DNA of 15,926 bases from a bacterium (GTDB taxonomy: Bacteria > Eisenbacteria > RBG-16-71-46), in contig JAYWEM010000175.1 in NCBI GenBank assembly GCA_043779265.1, positions 1 to 15,926 on the forward strand. Direction: 5' to 3'. The translations under genes were made by a program, and so were the position numbers. Positions within the stretch are counted from its first letter, which is position 1. Each line of letters begins with the position of its first letter. This document shows, in pieces, positions 15,363 to 15,926 of this stretch. Under the pieces are notes generated by a model. That model searched no databases and had not been told where the DNA came from. It saw only the letters and a program-made list of their open reading frames with translations.

Positions 15363-15926
15363 TCACACCGACGACTGCCGCCTCTCGTACGCCCGGTACT
15401 GGAGCGCCTCGGCCAGTCGCATCACGCTCACGCTCTCCTCGCCGGCGAGATCCGCGATGGTGCGGGCCACGCGCAGCGCGCGGTGCACGGCGCGCGCGCT
15501 CATGCCGCCTCGATCGACCGCGTCGGCGAGCAGGCGCTGGGTGGGCGAGTCGAGCGCGCAGCACTCACGCAGTGCGGCCTGTGACAGGCGCGAGTTCACC
15601 GCGCCGCGCGGTCGCTGCCGCTCACGGGCCGCGAGCACGCGCTCGCGCACGACATGGCTCGGCTCGCCGGGCGCTACATGCAGCAGTTCGTCCGAGGTGA
15701 GTGCCGTCACCTCGATCTGGAGATCGATGCGGTCCAGCACCGGCCCGCTGACGCGGGTCGCGTAACGCGCCAGCTCCGATGTCGTGCAGCGGCAGCCTCG
15801 CTTGGGGTGGCCGAGCCAGCCGCACGGACAGGGGTTCATCGCGGCCACGATGAGCGGGCGCGCGGGGAAGCGGGCCATGCCGCTCGCGCGGGAGAGGTGC
15901 ACGCTGCCGGTCTCGAGTGGTTCGCG
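15363..15926 (-). CDS. comM: ComM/YifB Mg-chelatase-like AAA+ ATPase, C-terminal part (5'-truncated by window)
   Basis: REPLETG.V, AAMNPCPCG, RVSGPVLDRIDL, SARAVHRALRVARTIADL, EALQYR. Confidence 0.95.
   Translation of the reverse strand, partial: REPLETGSVHLSRASGMARFPARPLIVAAMNPCPCGWLGHPKRGCRCTTSELARYATRVSGPVLDRIDLQIEVTALTSDELLHVAPGEPSHVVRERVLAARERQRPRGAVNSRLSQAALRECCALDSPTQRLLADAVDRGGMSARAVHRALRVARTIADLAGEESVSVMRLAEALQYRAYERRQSSV

Overview
GC-rich bacterial chromosomal window with no mobile element, CRISPR array or RNA gene that I can support. Conserved housekeeping genes flank it: the 3' end of smc and ftsY on the left, and the 3' end of comM/yifB on the right. Between them lie radC, a cold-shock gene with a structured terminator-containing leader, and a long run of + strand genes: DUF1579-like protein, iodotyrosine deiodinase-type nitroreductase, beta-carbonic anhydrase, nitrilase, SnoaL-like protein, a lipoprotein with a probable frameshift, membrane proteins, a plant-type methionine gamma-lyase-like PLP enzyme and a chorismate mutase/prephenate dehydrogenase. 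Two observations stand out. (1) An AhpD-like peroxidase that the ORF track splits in two reads as one gene (9377-9922) with a CxxU selenocysteine UGA and a candidate SECIS hairpin. (2) A candidate sigma54-driven gene pair encodes a ZU5/GAIN-like lipoprotein whose HF|S autoproteolysis motif precedes a 12-aa Trp-terminated tail, next to a stand-alone multi-pass membrane sensor-like protein, suggesting a split tethered-peptide signalling module. All family assignments come from motif recognition by eye; no searches were run.
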